DNA from: Pelomyxa schiedti
Lineage: Eukaryota > Protista > Evosea
DNA: 64,000 nt
Direction of reading: 5' to 3'
Assembly (NCBI GenBank): GCA_020536535.1
Contig: JAHLWZ010000222.1
Coordinates: 186,001-250,000, forward strand
Part shown: positions 31,701 to 42,996 of the stretch, piece by piece
How the letters are laid out: each line of letters starts with the position of its first letter
Numbering within the stretch: position 1 is the stretch's first letter
Program-made: the position numbers and the translations under genes
Notes under the pieces: generated by a model
What the model was told of the DNA's origin: nothing
The model's database searches: none
The model's input: the letters and a program-made list of their open reading frames with translations, nothing else

Positions 31701-31842
31701 GACGGCGGTGGTTTGGGCGCGTCGGCAGGCTAACGGGCGAGTGTGGCTTAAGTTAGTAATTTTCGAAAAACCAAAGTGCGCGGGAAAACTTTTTCATGTC
31801 TGTAGTCGCGCTCGGGACTCGAGTCGGGCGAAGCAGGATCAT
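28743..31842 (-). CDS. RNA-binding protein: Q/P-rich N-terminus, two RRMs, RGG boxes, RD-dipeptide and RS repeats (SR/RBM39/nucleolin-like); 5' end unresolved
   Basis: RRM1 RNP2 VYVGNLPF with RNP1 starting FKG|; RRM2 LFIGNVPE...FKRCGFLEF; GRGRGRG tract; (RD)n and SRSRSRS in the final 256-aa ORF. Confidence 0.78.
29270..29450. repeat. Degenerate hexamer array encoding (RD)n
   Basis: tctcgg/tcgcgg/tctatc units read as RDRDRD on the minus strand. Confidence 0.85.
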
Positions 31843-32197
31843 CTATACAAAGCAACAGAAGCAAATTGTGAGCGCATGAGGCAAAAAAAAAAAGTTGTTG
31901 CAAAAAATGAACGACGAGGACGGAGAGTTGTTGGATTGGTGGTGGAGTTGCAATGACGTGAAAATGCGCATACACATCGACCCGCACTGTAACCTTTTTC
32001 CTGTTTGTTTTTTAATGTTTTGTTTTTCTTTTTTTTTTTTTCGGCGACCCAAGGAGTGATGGGCAGGCTGCCAGTTTGGGGTCTTGTTGTACTAAAAACA
32101 ACATTGTATTTAGTGCCTCTAAGTGTGTTGATCCCAAAGAAAAATGTCTCAGAGAACACCCGAGGAAAAAAAGAGTGCAGGGTATCCTACACACGAT

Positions 32198-34715
32198 TCA
32201 GGGAGTGAGGAAGTATTCCTTTGCCCACGCCGGGTGCGGGTATTGTAGGTGAATAAGCAGTACCTTGTAATATCTCTTTGCCTCTGGCTTGCTCATCAGC
32301 CCATGTGCGACAGCAAGTTCAACGGCACAAGGGTTGCTCAGCACCATTCTTAGCAAGCGGTAGTGTACGAAACTAAGCTCCGGAAAGGGTCGGATCAAAG
32401 AAAATAGTGACAGAAATGCAGCCACGGGCAGGCAATATTCATCTTCTATGTGTGAGGACATTTTTATGATCTGTCTAGGGGAGTGAGTTGGAGAAAAAAA
32501 AAACGAGCAACTTGCACACATCTGAAGCTCCGAGGTAAAACCTTGTGATAAGCCACTCGGCACAGTGAATTTTGTTATTGTGATAGAGCCAGAACAGAAG
32601 GGCATTGTTATTTTTTCTGATATCTTCTGCAGTCATGTTCAGTTCACATACAAGCCACTTTACAGCCTTGGATGATGACACTGGCCTGATTTTGTGCCAG
32701 TCCGGTTTGCGTGAAAAGAAATCAACCACGTCAGATTTCCGGAAGAAATGACACATGGACAACAGTTTTTGAATCTGGGGCAAGGAGCCATACTTGATGA
32801 GTCCATCAAAGAGTGAGAAAACCAGCCTCTCTCCAAAACAAGTAGAACTCCCAAGAAGAATAAATGCATTTTGAAAGCATTGCCTTTGGACACATGATGA
32901 AAACGCGACCTGTAACATAGTTGCGGCAAAGGGGAAGTGTTTCAGATACCATGATACTTGCCAAGCGTCATACTTTCCACTGCTACTGTAATTAAAATGC
33001 ATAAGCCCCATGTCGTGGACTGCTTTATCTACCACTTTAGGATATGTCTGGGCAATCAAAGTGTACGCAGACACTGTACCTTCCATCAAACAGTTGCGAA
33101 GCATTTGGATTAAGTCCTTTTCACTTGGGGGTTGTTCCGGCCAACCTTGAAGGATCAATTTTACAGTGTCAGGAGGAGTGGAACAGCCCAGTACTGTACT
33201 ATGAAAACAAGCCAACCTAAACGTTTCCATTGTTGGGGTTATGTGGTACTCCTTTAACAGCCACTGAACAAGCTGCAAATTCCCAGTCCTACATGCCATG
33301 TTAAGGACAAAGATGCTTGGCACAAAGAGTGGAACGTGGTCCATAAACCACTTCACTGTCTCCAGCTGGAGCAGGTTGTCGAAGAAGCTAAACTTCATTT
33401 GTCTCTCACTGGGAAGAGGGAAGTTTTTGAACTTGAACAGCCAATACAGAAATTCCTCTGTGACCACTTCTTGACCCAACTCCGGGTACACCCTATCAGA
33501 TCTGGGTCTGCCCACAGAGAAATTTTCAAAAGCCCATTTGCAAAAATCCACTTTGCCAGCCTTAAGTGCAGAAATGGCAGGGTGAGCACTGAAGAAAGGA
33601 ATGCCGAGAGAGGTGAATCCACTGTACAGCCACGAAAACAACTCAATGTTTCCTGAATGGCAGGCACTGGTCCACGCTTTAAGCAGCTCCCATTTGGGAA
33701 TTCCGAACTTGTCCACCAGCCACATGGCTGTATCCAAGTCTCCATTCTCGCACACAAACTCCAGTACTCTTGTGTCTCTTACCAAGTACTCAATGTTCAA
33801 ACCCTCTGATTGTTGCTGGTGCACATCATCACTCCTCGGATGACCACTGGCTGGAGCCTTGGGCCACCACAGGCACCCATTGGTCTCCGCCTCCAGTGCG
33901 CCATCCACAAGCCTCTTTGCTTCCTCTCTGTGGCCGCCAACACAAAGCCCTGTCAGCATCGTGACCAATTCCTTCACATTGGCTCTCCTCCTTCCAACCC
34001 TTACAGGTTTCTCCCACAATGGATTTACATGATCCCACCATGGTTTACCATCTACGCGCCCATCCCCTCCCGTCACCATTACTATATGTTTGTCGAGATC
34101 CCCTCCCGTCACTATTACTAGATGTTTGTCGAGCACACCATTGCCTCTATTATTCCTGATTGTGTGGTTACCAAAGTCGTTGCATACCAGCGAGGCCATG
34201 CACCTGATCGCCGCATTCCGCGAAGCAAACCAGAGCGCCGCCGTAGTTGCTCCATTGTAATCACAGTGGCTCGCGACGTACCTGTAGGCAACTCCCACAA
34301 GTGGGAACAGTGCGCCGGCCAGGCTCATCACCACCCCGATCGACTCGCGCTCCGCCCGGACCATTTCGCCTAACTTTGGTGGTTGCCCGCTGCCCCGTAG
34401 CTTGTGGTAGGAGTGGCTGGGCCGGCCGGTGATCTTCGCCCTCTTCTCGCCGTTGCTGCTCCACAGAACCAACTTGGGTTCCTCGAGGGCGATCTCGATG
34501 GCTAGCTTCTGCACCGGGTCGGGGGCCGAATAGGGCGCCTCGAGGTCCACGTCGCCGACGATGTCGCGGCCGTAGGCGCTGAGAATAGACGGCGGGAAGG
34601 GGCGGCCCGTCACCCCTGCTATTGGGAGGACTACGTCCCACATCAACTTCGACACGAGCAGTATCCACTGCTTACTTTTCGCCCTTACGGCGGCAACACC
34701 CTCTGGTTGTGACAT
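32198..34715 (-). CDS. Ankyrin-like repeat protein (same expanded family as 26223-28571); true 3' end probably spliced beyond the 746-aa ORF
   Basis: Units VLEFVCENGDLDTAMWL, WTSACHSGNIELFSWL, LNMACRTGNLQLVQWL. An intron after SDVCK would add QIIKMSS...NPCAVELAVAHGLMSKPEAKRYYK. Confidence 0.75.
34062..34133. repeat. 36-bp tandem duplication (2 copies, 2 mismatches), in frame: LDKHLVIVTGGD/LDKHIVMVTGGD
   Basis: atcccctcccgtcaccattactatatgtttgtcgag followed by atcccctcccgtcactattactagatgtttgtcgag. Confidence 0.9.
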
Positions 34716-34895
34716 TTTGTCAATTCCAGGAAAAGACCGACAGGCCCGAGATCAAATAGACAAGTCTCCGTGTGACGCACTCATATGTTGATGTACAGCG
34801 GAGCCTGATGATCGACTGCAGTGTCACGTTCTCAAATCGATTCAGTACAACCAACAATTCAAAAAACCAAAACAAAAAAAAAAAAAAAAATCACA

Positions 34896-36302
34896 ATGTC
34901 CGACACCACAACTTGCGACGCCAATTCTGGCGAACCAAAGACCGACACGCCATGTTGTGCGCCTTCTTCCAACGAAGGCACCTCTCCCATTGCCACGAGT
35001 GGCCCTCTTGCCGTTACCGACACCACCCCCAGCCCAACAACCCCGACGACGACGACAACAACCGCCGCTTCCCCTTCCTTCTCCTTCTCCTTCTCCACTC
35101 CGCCGACTCCTACGGCCACCCCACTTTCGACCTCGTCCTCGTCGTCGTCCCCTTCCCCGTCGCCCGCGCCCCAGACGACCGCCCCTCCTTCTCTGCAGGA
35201 CTTTGCGCGCCAGTTCCTCTCCGAGGCTACGGCGGTGTCGTACGGCGTGAGCTCGGCGCCCCCGCAGCGATCGCCGCAGCAGGCCGAGCCGCAGGCGGAG
35301 CCCCAGGCCCCAGTGGAGCCACCCGCGCCGCTTCCCGCTCCCCCGCCAAAGGACCCGTCGAAGAAGGCTGAGGAGGAAAAGAAGCTGACCGCAGTGGATA
35401 AGTTCTTGCTGGAACTACCTGGGCCATTCCGCAAAGGCATGTTGCGTCGTATTGTATTGTGGGATTGGGTGTCGGGATTGTTGTTTTTTTGTATTAATTT
35501 TCGAGCTTGCAGTGGTCAGGACATTTCTTTGGGGAAGTTTATTGCACTCTGCAATATGGTTCGTTGGTTTGATGTTTATTTTTACATCTGTTTACGTTGC
35601 TGGCCATTGGTATGGTTACCACATGGTCCCTGTTTTATCACTCCTGTGCCTTCTTGCAATTGCTTTGCATGGTGCGTATATCTACGCCCACCAAGGCTAC
35701 CAAAAGTGGGTGCAGAAGGTGGCACCAGTGAATCCTTTTGCGTGCGTCTCCTTTGTTCCGTAAAAAGTACTAATGCTGAAAGTAGTCTGTCACAGCCATT
35801 TGACGTCCCGAACTTCTGGGTAGAGTTCCACCTTGGAGCAATATGCAGTCTCATAAATTCACACCTGGAGGGATTATTCTACATGCTTTATTTCCAGAAC
35901 CCGTCTGCGTCCGCCAAGGTTTCCCACACCCAAAAATTTCGCCGCTTACTATTCTCTAACTTGTACACATGCACCCCACCATCATTACAGTTCATGGGGG
36001 TTCTGCTGGTGCTGTGCGTCGTCGGCCACTTTTTCAGCGGGTTTGCCGTCCTCGCGGCGCTGTCCCTGTTCCTCTTCACGATCCCGCCGCTCTACGTGAG
36101 ATACCCCAAGCGCTTCAGCGACCTGGCGCACAGGATCCACCAAGCAATGCACCTTGTCTGCAGCAAGTGCCGTGGCTGCTGCCCAATGAAGCGCTGCTGC
36201 TCGGCGTCATCAGCCACAACCGCGGCGGCCACCAGTGCCGAGCAGCCCACAGAGGCACAGTCTCAGTCATGTTGTGCCACTGACAACATGGGTGGCAGGT
36301 GA
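34896..36302 (+). CDS. Reticulon family ER-shaping protein
   Basis: Two long hydrophobic hairpins: VVRTFLWGSLLHSAIWFVGLMFIFTSVY...VLSLLCLLAIALHGAYIY and FMGVLLVLCVVGHFFSGFAVLAALSLFLFTIPPLYVRY, after a disordered N-terminus. The first hairpin is the ORF at 35452-35763, which reads on + although the track labels it '-'. Confidence 0.8.
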   Translation: MSDTTTCDANSGEPKTDTPCCAPSSNEGTSPIATSGPLAVTDTTPSPTTPTTTTTTAASPSFSFSFSTPPTPTATPLSTSSSSSSPSPSPAPQTTAPPSLQDFARQFLSEATAVSYGVSSAPPQRSPQQAEPQAEPQAPVEPPAPLPAPPPKDPSKKAEEEKKLTAVDKFLLELPGPFRKGMLRRIVLWDWVSGLLFFCINFRACSGQDISLGKFIALCNMVRWFDVYFYICLRCWPLVWLPHGPCFITPVPSCNCFAWCVYLRPPRLPKVGAEGGTSESFCVRLLCSVKSTNAESSLSQPFDVPNFWVEFHLGAICSLINSHLEGLFYMLYFQNPSASAKVSHTQKFRRLLFSNLYTCTPPSLQFMGVLLVLCVVGHFFSGFAVLAALSLFLFTIPPLYVRYPKRFSDLAHRIHQAMHLVCSKCRGCCPMKRCCSASSATTAAATSAEQPTEAQSQSCCATDNMGGR

Positions 36303-36550
36303 GTGACGGGACTAGGCCAGAGACACCCCACCCACACAATCAAACAATCGACTTTTGTCTTTTTTTTTTTCTGCTTTTCATTTTTTTTTTATTTCTCTTA
36401 CACCAGAGGTCCAGTGACTTAAACTCTACTTGTACTTCCTCTTCAGCCCCTGCACCAATGCCTGAGGAGGAAGAGGATGTTGCCTGGCAATTCTAAAATC
36501 CTAAATTCCTACCACAATCACTACGCAGTTGAAGGGTGCAGACAAGGAAG

Positions 36551-37695
36551 ATGTCGGTGACCAAGAGGTTGTTTGTGGGCAATTTGGACCCAAGAGTTAC
36601 GGAGTACGGCTCGTATTTCTTTTGTGGGATGGCGGATGCGGGCGTGCACGTGCACTTGTGTGAACAAAGACAGGCCCAAACCAATCACAAAAAACAGGTT
36701 CAGCGTCATCAAGCTCTTTCAACAGTATGGGAAACTGCAAGGGGTTCAGTTTTTATGGAACAAAAGTGGTCCGAGGTGCGGCCTGCCAAAATCGTATTGC
36801 TTTGTAGAGTTCGAAAATATAGAGGTCTGTTTCTATGGCGTCATATTTTTTTTTCCCCTATTAAGAAGTCTAATGTTGCTATTTTATGGAGATTTATTAC
36901 ATTTATTTTAATCTCATTCAGGATGCAATAAAAGCTAAATCAGTGGTAAATGGACTTCGATTTTTGGGGAAACCACTGAGTGTTAGATTTGTAGTTCCAA
37001 GGGTGCCCATTCTTCATTTACTACATGTTCAAAATTAATTTTAGTTTAGGAACCTTTCAAAACTTCTGTTGAGGTTCCTGCTCTTCGAACACCTGTGGAG
37101 GCAACTCCTTTACCTCTCACTCCCGGTTCTGCCCTTGCTGCTGTAGTCGCGTGTGTATCAAGAGCTTTTAGTACCTGGACTAACCAAACACCAAACGCAT
37201 GGTGGTTTTATTTCTGTAATGTGGTTGGTATAGGACAGACGTTAGAATATCGGCAGTAAAAACTAAACTTCGCTTAATGGATGAGGAGGTTTCCCGATCT
37301 TCAAAGCGCTATAAGCCGGACCTTATGTATTGCTCCTATCATAAACTCCACTTTCACAACAACTAATTCCTCCACGAAACAGAATTCCGCCGACTTTTGG
37401 GATTACCCCTCCGTCATCCTCCGAGTCCCAACCGCCCTCACCCTCCACATCCACATCCACATCCACATCCACATCCACATCCACATCCACATCCACATCC
37501 ACATCCACATCCACATCCACATCCACATCCACATCCACATCCACATCCAGTACCAGCCCACAGTCCTTTTCTGGCACAACTTCAGAAGGCTCTCTCAATC
37601 CAATCCCCAGCTCTGCATCCCCTACAACATCCACACCATTGTCAAGCACACAAACAATAGGAACAAACTCAGACAACAAGGATGATGATTCCTAG
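36551..37695 (+). CDS. RBM18: RNA-binding protein 18-like (single RRM) with C-terminal Ser/Thr extension
   Basis: RLFVGNLDPRVTE|FSVIKLFQQYGKLQGVQFLWNKSGPRCGLPKSYCFVEFENIE|DAIKAKSVVNG...KPLSVRF, plus RISAVKTKLRLMDEE matching the RBM18 C-terminal IxAIEAKLKMM helix. Confidence 0.75.
37445..37546. repeat. (CCACAT)17 perfect microsatellite, probably encoding (ST)17
   Basis: 102 bp of uninterrupted ccacat; the frame after the cag acceptor near 37383 reads PPSPSTSTST...SSTSPQSFSG to TAG at 37695. Confidence 0.92.
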
Positions 37696-37996
37696 GGTCT
37701 GCCTCATTCTGATTCTTAGCAGGGACCAGAACATTGAATCACAAAACAATCAGGTTAAACCCCCGCGCGCACCTCGAAATCTGCTCTCGTGGCCTCTGGA
37801 CATCTAGTTGTCAACAAAATTTTCGCTAAATTTCTCGTGAACTTCAGGCAGAACCATCGAAAAAGAGGAATTTTTAGTTCATGAAACACACGCCATCTCG
37901 CGAGTGAAAAAACAAAAAAATCATAAAAACCCTGCGCCTGCAATTTGATCTCGCGTATTATTATCCACTACTTTTCGTACCTCTGTTGGTATCGCA

Positions 37997-39224
37997 ATGG
38001 CACGCATCGGAGAAACCGACCCGCGGTGGATCGTAACAAACAGGGAAGACGGCACCAACGTTGGCGCCTGGCATTGGGTGGAGAAAGATTGCCTGCCGTG
38101 GTTCAGAGAGACCGCCAGCGACGCTTTTTCCGCATCGCCCTTGCTTTCTCGCGGCGGCGACTTCGTAGTTACGACCAAGAGCGTGGACGTGACCGGCGAG
38201 GCTACCGCAAACAACCGCAAGGGGAAAACGATCTACCTTTACGAGCTGGAGCTGACCGTAAACTGGGAGGCAAAGTGGACCGATTCCGCGACTTCTAGTT
38301 CCGAAACCGCTACGGGGACGCTCAAGATGCCTTACATTGGCGACGACAACGAAGGGGAAGCGCTCGAAGTGAGGATAGAGGCGACAGGCGCAAACAAGTC
38401 GAATGACAAAGTCAAGAAGACGATAGTGCCTGCCATGCAGCGGGAGTGCCCAGCTGTGGCGAGAACTACAGTCGAACAAGTCATAGCGCGAATGAAGGAA
38501 AAGTTTGCTACCCAACGCAAGGGGCTGACCTCTTCCGGCACCGCATCCGCGCCTACGCCAGTTTTGATTAAACCTGCCCCCGCTTCTCCCACATCCACCA
38601 CAAAACCTTCAGCCACTTCCTCCACTGCATCTACTAAGTCAACTTCTTCTTCATCACCGGCTTCGTATGTCGGCAGTGGGAAGGATTTACATATGACTGA
38701 GAGATTCAGAGCGTCGCCAAAGTATGCCTGATAGTTTTCTGGTCTATAACCTAAGTGCACTACAGGAACCTGTATGACTTGCTGCTAGATCCGCAGCGAT
38801 TGTCTATGCTTACAGGAGGTCAAGCGATTATGGAACCCAGGGTTGGAGGCAAATTCGTGTATTTTGGCGGAGCAGTTACAGGTAATGCACTCTCTTCATT
38901 GATCTCATGTAACATTTATTGCAGGAGAGATCCTGGAACTCATACCCGAGCAAAGAATAAAGCAGACATGGAGATTCTCTACTTGGCCTGGGTCACACAA
39001 CTCGGTTGTAACTATTGAGTTGTCACCCTCCAAGGAGTTTGACATAACAACACTCACTCTGCACCAGGTTATTTGATACGAGAAACCTTTTCTTTTACTA
39101 AACATTTTAGGTGGGCATTCCATCTGAAGACCTGGAGAGGACCCAACACGGGTGGAGGGAGAACTTCTGGGAAAGAATCAAGAAAATGTTTGGTTATGAA
39201 GCCCCAAACATGTCCTCTTTGTAA
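37997..39224 (+). CDS. AHSA1: Activator of Hsp90 ATPase (Aha1)
   Basis: MARIGETDPRWIVTNREDGTNVGAWHWVEKD, ANNRKGKTIYLYELEL, and C-domain LYDLLLDPQRLSMLTGG...GGKFVYFGGAVTG ... GWRENFWERIKKMFGY. Confidence 0.92.
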
Positions 39225-39293
39225 AATTTTACTCCCACCTCACCAATGTGCAGACAAAAAAAAAGTTTTGTTTCACTGCTAAACATTCTTTTT

Positions 39294-42200
39294 TCAGTCC
39301 TTTTTTGTAAAGTCACACAACGAGTAGAACAGAGGTTTTGAGTGCGGACACATGGGCATATTTGCTTCATGTGAGTGTTTGAGATATGCCAGCCGTGTAA
39401 TTGCATCTGTGGTTGCCGCTTTACACCCAGAATCACGAGGCCCAATCCTGTTTTTTTTTTGACTTGTTACTGTTGATAGTTGTGAAATGGGAGGTACCAT
39501 TTGTTTATGTAGTCCGGAGATATTTTTGTTTCTTGTGCAATATGTTGGCGAATGCATCTCGGTCGGGGTATGCATTTCTCTTCATTTGTAACTAAATTTG
39601 AGTGCGAATCGGAAATCAATGTAGTAAGTTCTACAAGAACAGACAGGGCTTCACCCTCCGGCACACAGAGTGGATGAGACGAAATTTCCAAGCTCTAATG
39701 AAGAATTAGATTTCATTTCAGTGGAGTTGGATACTTGAGCACTCATATCAAAGCTAAATCCGTTGGCACTGTAAAGTTGCATGATGTCAGGAGCACTTCC
39801 GGCCACCTGTAGCTCTCTCCAGAGCCGTTCCCCCTCCCCTCCTTCGAGTCTTAGAAATTCTGTCTCAGACACGTGTAATCTTGAATGAGCTACAGGAGGT
39901 GCAAAGGTTTTGAGAAGGTTTTGTTGCTGCAATAGTTCTTCTGTACGAAATAAATTCGCAAGGAAAATATGAGGCTCTGAGAAGACGGCCGCAACGCCAG
40001 TGAGGGTGGTAGTACCCGCATTAGCACCCAAATCAGGTTCTTGTGTCAAAATAACCTTCCCAATTGGACGAGCCCTATTCATATGAATATTTGCACAGGA
40101 TTGGTGATGTACTAACCGTAAAAGCATGTTGGGTTCTACATTTATTGCATCCCCTGGTGATATTGGCGTGATTTGTTGTGAAGAGTCATCCATACAGCAA
40201 GGATCTATTTGAGAGAGTATGCTGGCATAGTGCTCGACTTCACATCGTATTTTTATTTCTTTTGGAGGTAGCAAGGAGAATGACGAAGTGGAAGTAGTTG
40301 AGTGCGTGTTACCAGACGATTTTTGAGGTGCATTAACAGAAATTGGCTGTGACGCTTGGCGCACTGGTGACGTTTGTATAGTTATGGGTATGGGTATGGG
40401 ATGTGGTGGGGATTGTGAAGAAACCCGTTTTTTAGGATCAGGTGGGGTGAAGTCTTCATCATCAGGATTTTCATCTATCTTAGTGTATTTTTCTTTGTCG
40501 AGTGTTGATTGGATTTGCTTAGAAGCGGTTTCACTTGCCTTGCGCTTCGTTCCACACAGTGAGAAATCTATTTGTGGGGATATGGGATTTGATTGAGGTT
40601 TGGTGGGGGTTAATGTCTGAGGTTGTGGAGGTGTGCCTTCGTCATCATGGGTTAAAGGTGAAGAGAAATCCGGCAATTGGACAACAGTGGTTGCTACCTG
40701 ATGGTCACTATGAAGTATTCTTAGTAAATTGTTGGCTTGGAGAGGCGATACGGAGGCTTTGGGGACGCTTTAGGCTCTGTAGATACATACACTTGTGTAC
40801 TTGGGACTTCTGCCTCACTTCCTACAAGTTGGGCTTTGTTTCAAACAAAAATGAACAAACCTCTCACAAGCAGCCTGTGTGGTTGTGGGGTAGAGAGTAT
40901 TCAGCAATTCTAAATTCTGTCGTAGTAGTTTGTCTTCATCCTTAAAGAAGATCTTTCTTTTATCTGGTGTGAGGTTCACGTCATACCTGAAAGAAATAAA
41001 GTGAATGATTTTTCTTCCCCCAAGATGGTCATACAGGTTAGGGCTAAGTATTTCATCAAGTATAACGAAGGGGTATCTCTGCTTAGCGGCAAGAAACCAT
41101 TTTCTCATATGTTGAAAAAGGAGTTTGGCAAGTCTTGGAAGGTCGATGGGACGCTTGTTAACATACAAGAAAAATCGGTCATTTACACTGAGTTCAGGAA
41201 TTTTAGACCAAAAAAAAAAAAATAAGCTGTTGTATTTACCTCCTCATAATAATTTTCGGGTCAGCCTTGGGCTTAGGTAAAAAGCCAACAATTCTCAAAC
41301 AACCATCAGGGGTAGTGAAATCTACTGGGCTCAGCTGATCCATTAAAAAAGGTCCATAAACACTGAGTAAAGACTCTGCTGTTGTTGGAACTGACTCCCG
41401 TATGAGCGGCTTTTGGAACTGAGAAATATAAATACTGAACATAGGCTTACCTTGGATGGGGGATATTCCACATGAAAGTGAACAGTGGGACATATTAAGA
41501 TATAAGATAAAACCAGATCATGTATTTTCTTTGTTTCGGATTTTGTTTTGCATTGCTCTGTAATCATACGCCGCCTAACAGGGTTTCCACCATACAGATT
41601 ATGGGCCTTTTCCCAATTATCAGAATATTTAGAAGTGGCCTCGTTACCGTTATTTTCGTGCCGACGGGGATTGGAACATCCCTGGAAGAGCTTACAGCCC
41701 CAGAGTTTGTGTATGTTACATGCTGCCCAAGAGTCGATTCCTTTTTGTGTGTGGTGTCTATGTCTTGGTGCTAAGGGATGTTGGCCTGCTCCATTACCTG
41801 AGTTCTGGTCTCTATTTCTAGTGTACTAACAGAGCACAAGCTGTGCAAAGCTTCTCCACGAAACCTTACTTAGAATTAAAAAAAAAAAAAAGAATTATAA
41901 TATGAAGACAGTACATACCCATAGGAGGACAATATATCCAAACTATGGTAATCCTCGATTTTACTTGTATGGTGTCCAATGCAACAAGTGTGGAGGTCAG
42001 ATTCTCTTCTAGCTTTGAGAAAATTTGAAAACGTAGAGCAAAGTTACATATAAAGCAACCAACCCTATTCCATGTCCATTGTCACTGACAGAAATGAGGT
42101 CAGCTCCATTTCCTTCTAGTCTGATATTTATATACGAGGCCCCTTTTTTGTAGTCACAAAGGGGAAGGGGGAGGAAAAAACAAAACAAAGCAAAACAAAA

Positions 42201-42794
42201 CACACCAGCATCCAGTGAGTTTTCAAGTAGCTCTTTTATGGCTGCTTTTGTGTCAGTTATGACTTGGCCAGATTTTATAGCCCTAACAGTGCTTGCCGGC
42301 AATCCCCTAATTCTCCCTCCTCCGGACACACCCCCTCCCACCACAACGTCGGGTCCAGCCGGAGCCGTCCCACAATTAGCGGCCCTGGAGCCCCCGCTTT
42401 TATTGTCGCTGCTGCTGTTACTATTGCCGCCCTCGCCGTTCGTCTCGTCCTTGGCCCCCGCTGACGTTGGGGACGATGCAACCGTTGTAGTTGTAGTAGT
42501 AGTAGTGATGGTTGCACTCTTCTCAGCCCCGCCGCCGTCGTCGGGGTGGCTGTGGGTGCGCTCTGTCTCGCTGTCCGAGTCGGTGGCAATCCCGTCGTCG
42601 GGCCCAGCATTGCCTGCTTTCCCATCATCGGCGGGGCGTACCAGCAAAGACTGAGGAAGCCGCCGCTGCGAGGACGACGCAGGAGCGGGGGGCTGCGTCG
42701 CCGGCATAGGGTCTCCCTCCTCGTCGTTGTCAGCCTGGGGTACCATGACTACGTCCAGCGAGCGGCTGGGCGCAGTTACAGTGTCATCGTTCAT
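39294..42794 (-). CDS. PMS1: MutL family mismatch-repair protein, PMS1-type (endonuclease motif absent)
   Basis: GHKL motifs IKSGQVITDTKAAIKELLENSLDAG, ISVSDNGHG, SYG|FRGEAL; transducer YVNKRPID...YPFVIL...DVNLTPDKRKIFF; C-terminal FLANLFRTEELL and MCPHSKPLF. Confidence 0.8.
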
Positions 42795-42996
42795 TTTCGT
42801 TTTCTATCTGGTCTCCCTCAACAGGCAATCTTCAAGGTGGGTTCTCAGAGGGGTGAGACAAGCTGCCAAAGGGAAATCAACTGGGATTTCTTGGGCATTG
42901 TGTGGAAAAGATAAGAGAGGACAGTGGGACTGTTCGCAGAATGATCCCAAGAAGAGAGTCTTTCCGTTACAGGCGCTTTTGGTTTGTTTTCCAGCG

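Noticed and set aside
35452-35763. ORF listed as '-' (MYCGIGCRDC...) suggesting an antisense membrane protein
   Set aside because: It reads on the + strand and is the reticulon hairpin exon; the strand label appears wrong.
37445-37546. Tandem repeat as a CRISPR array or telomeric seed
   Set aside because: No spacers; the CCACAT unit is not a recognised telomeric repeat and sits within a gene.
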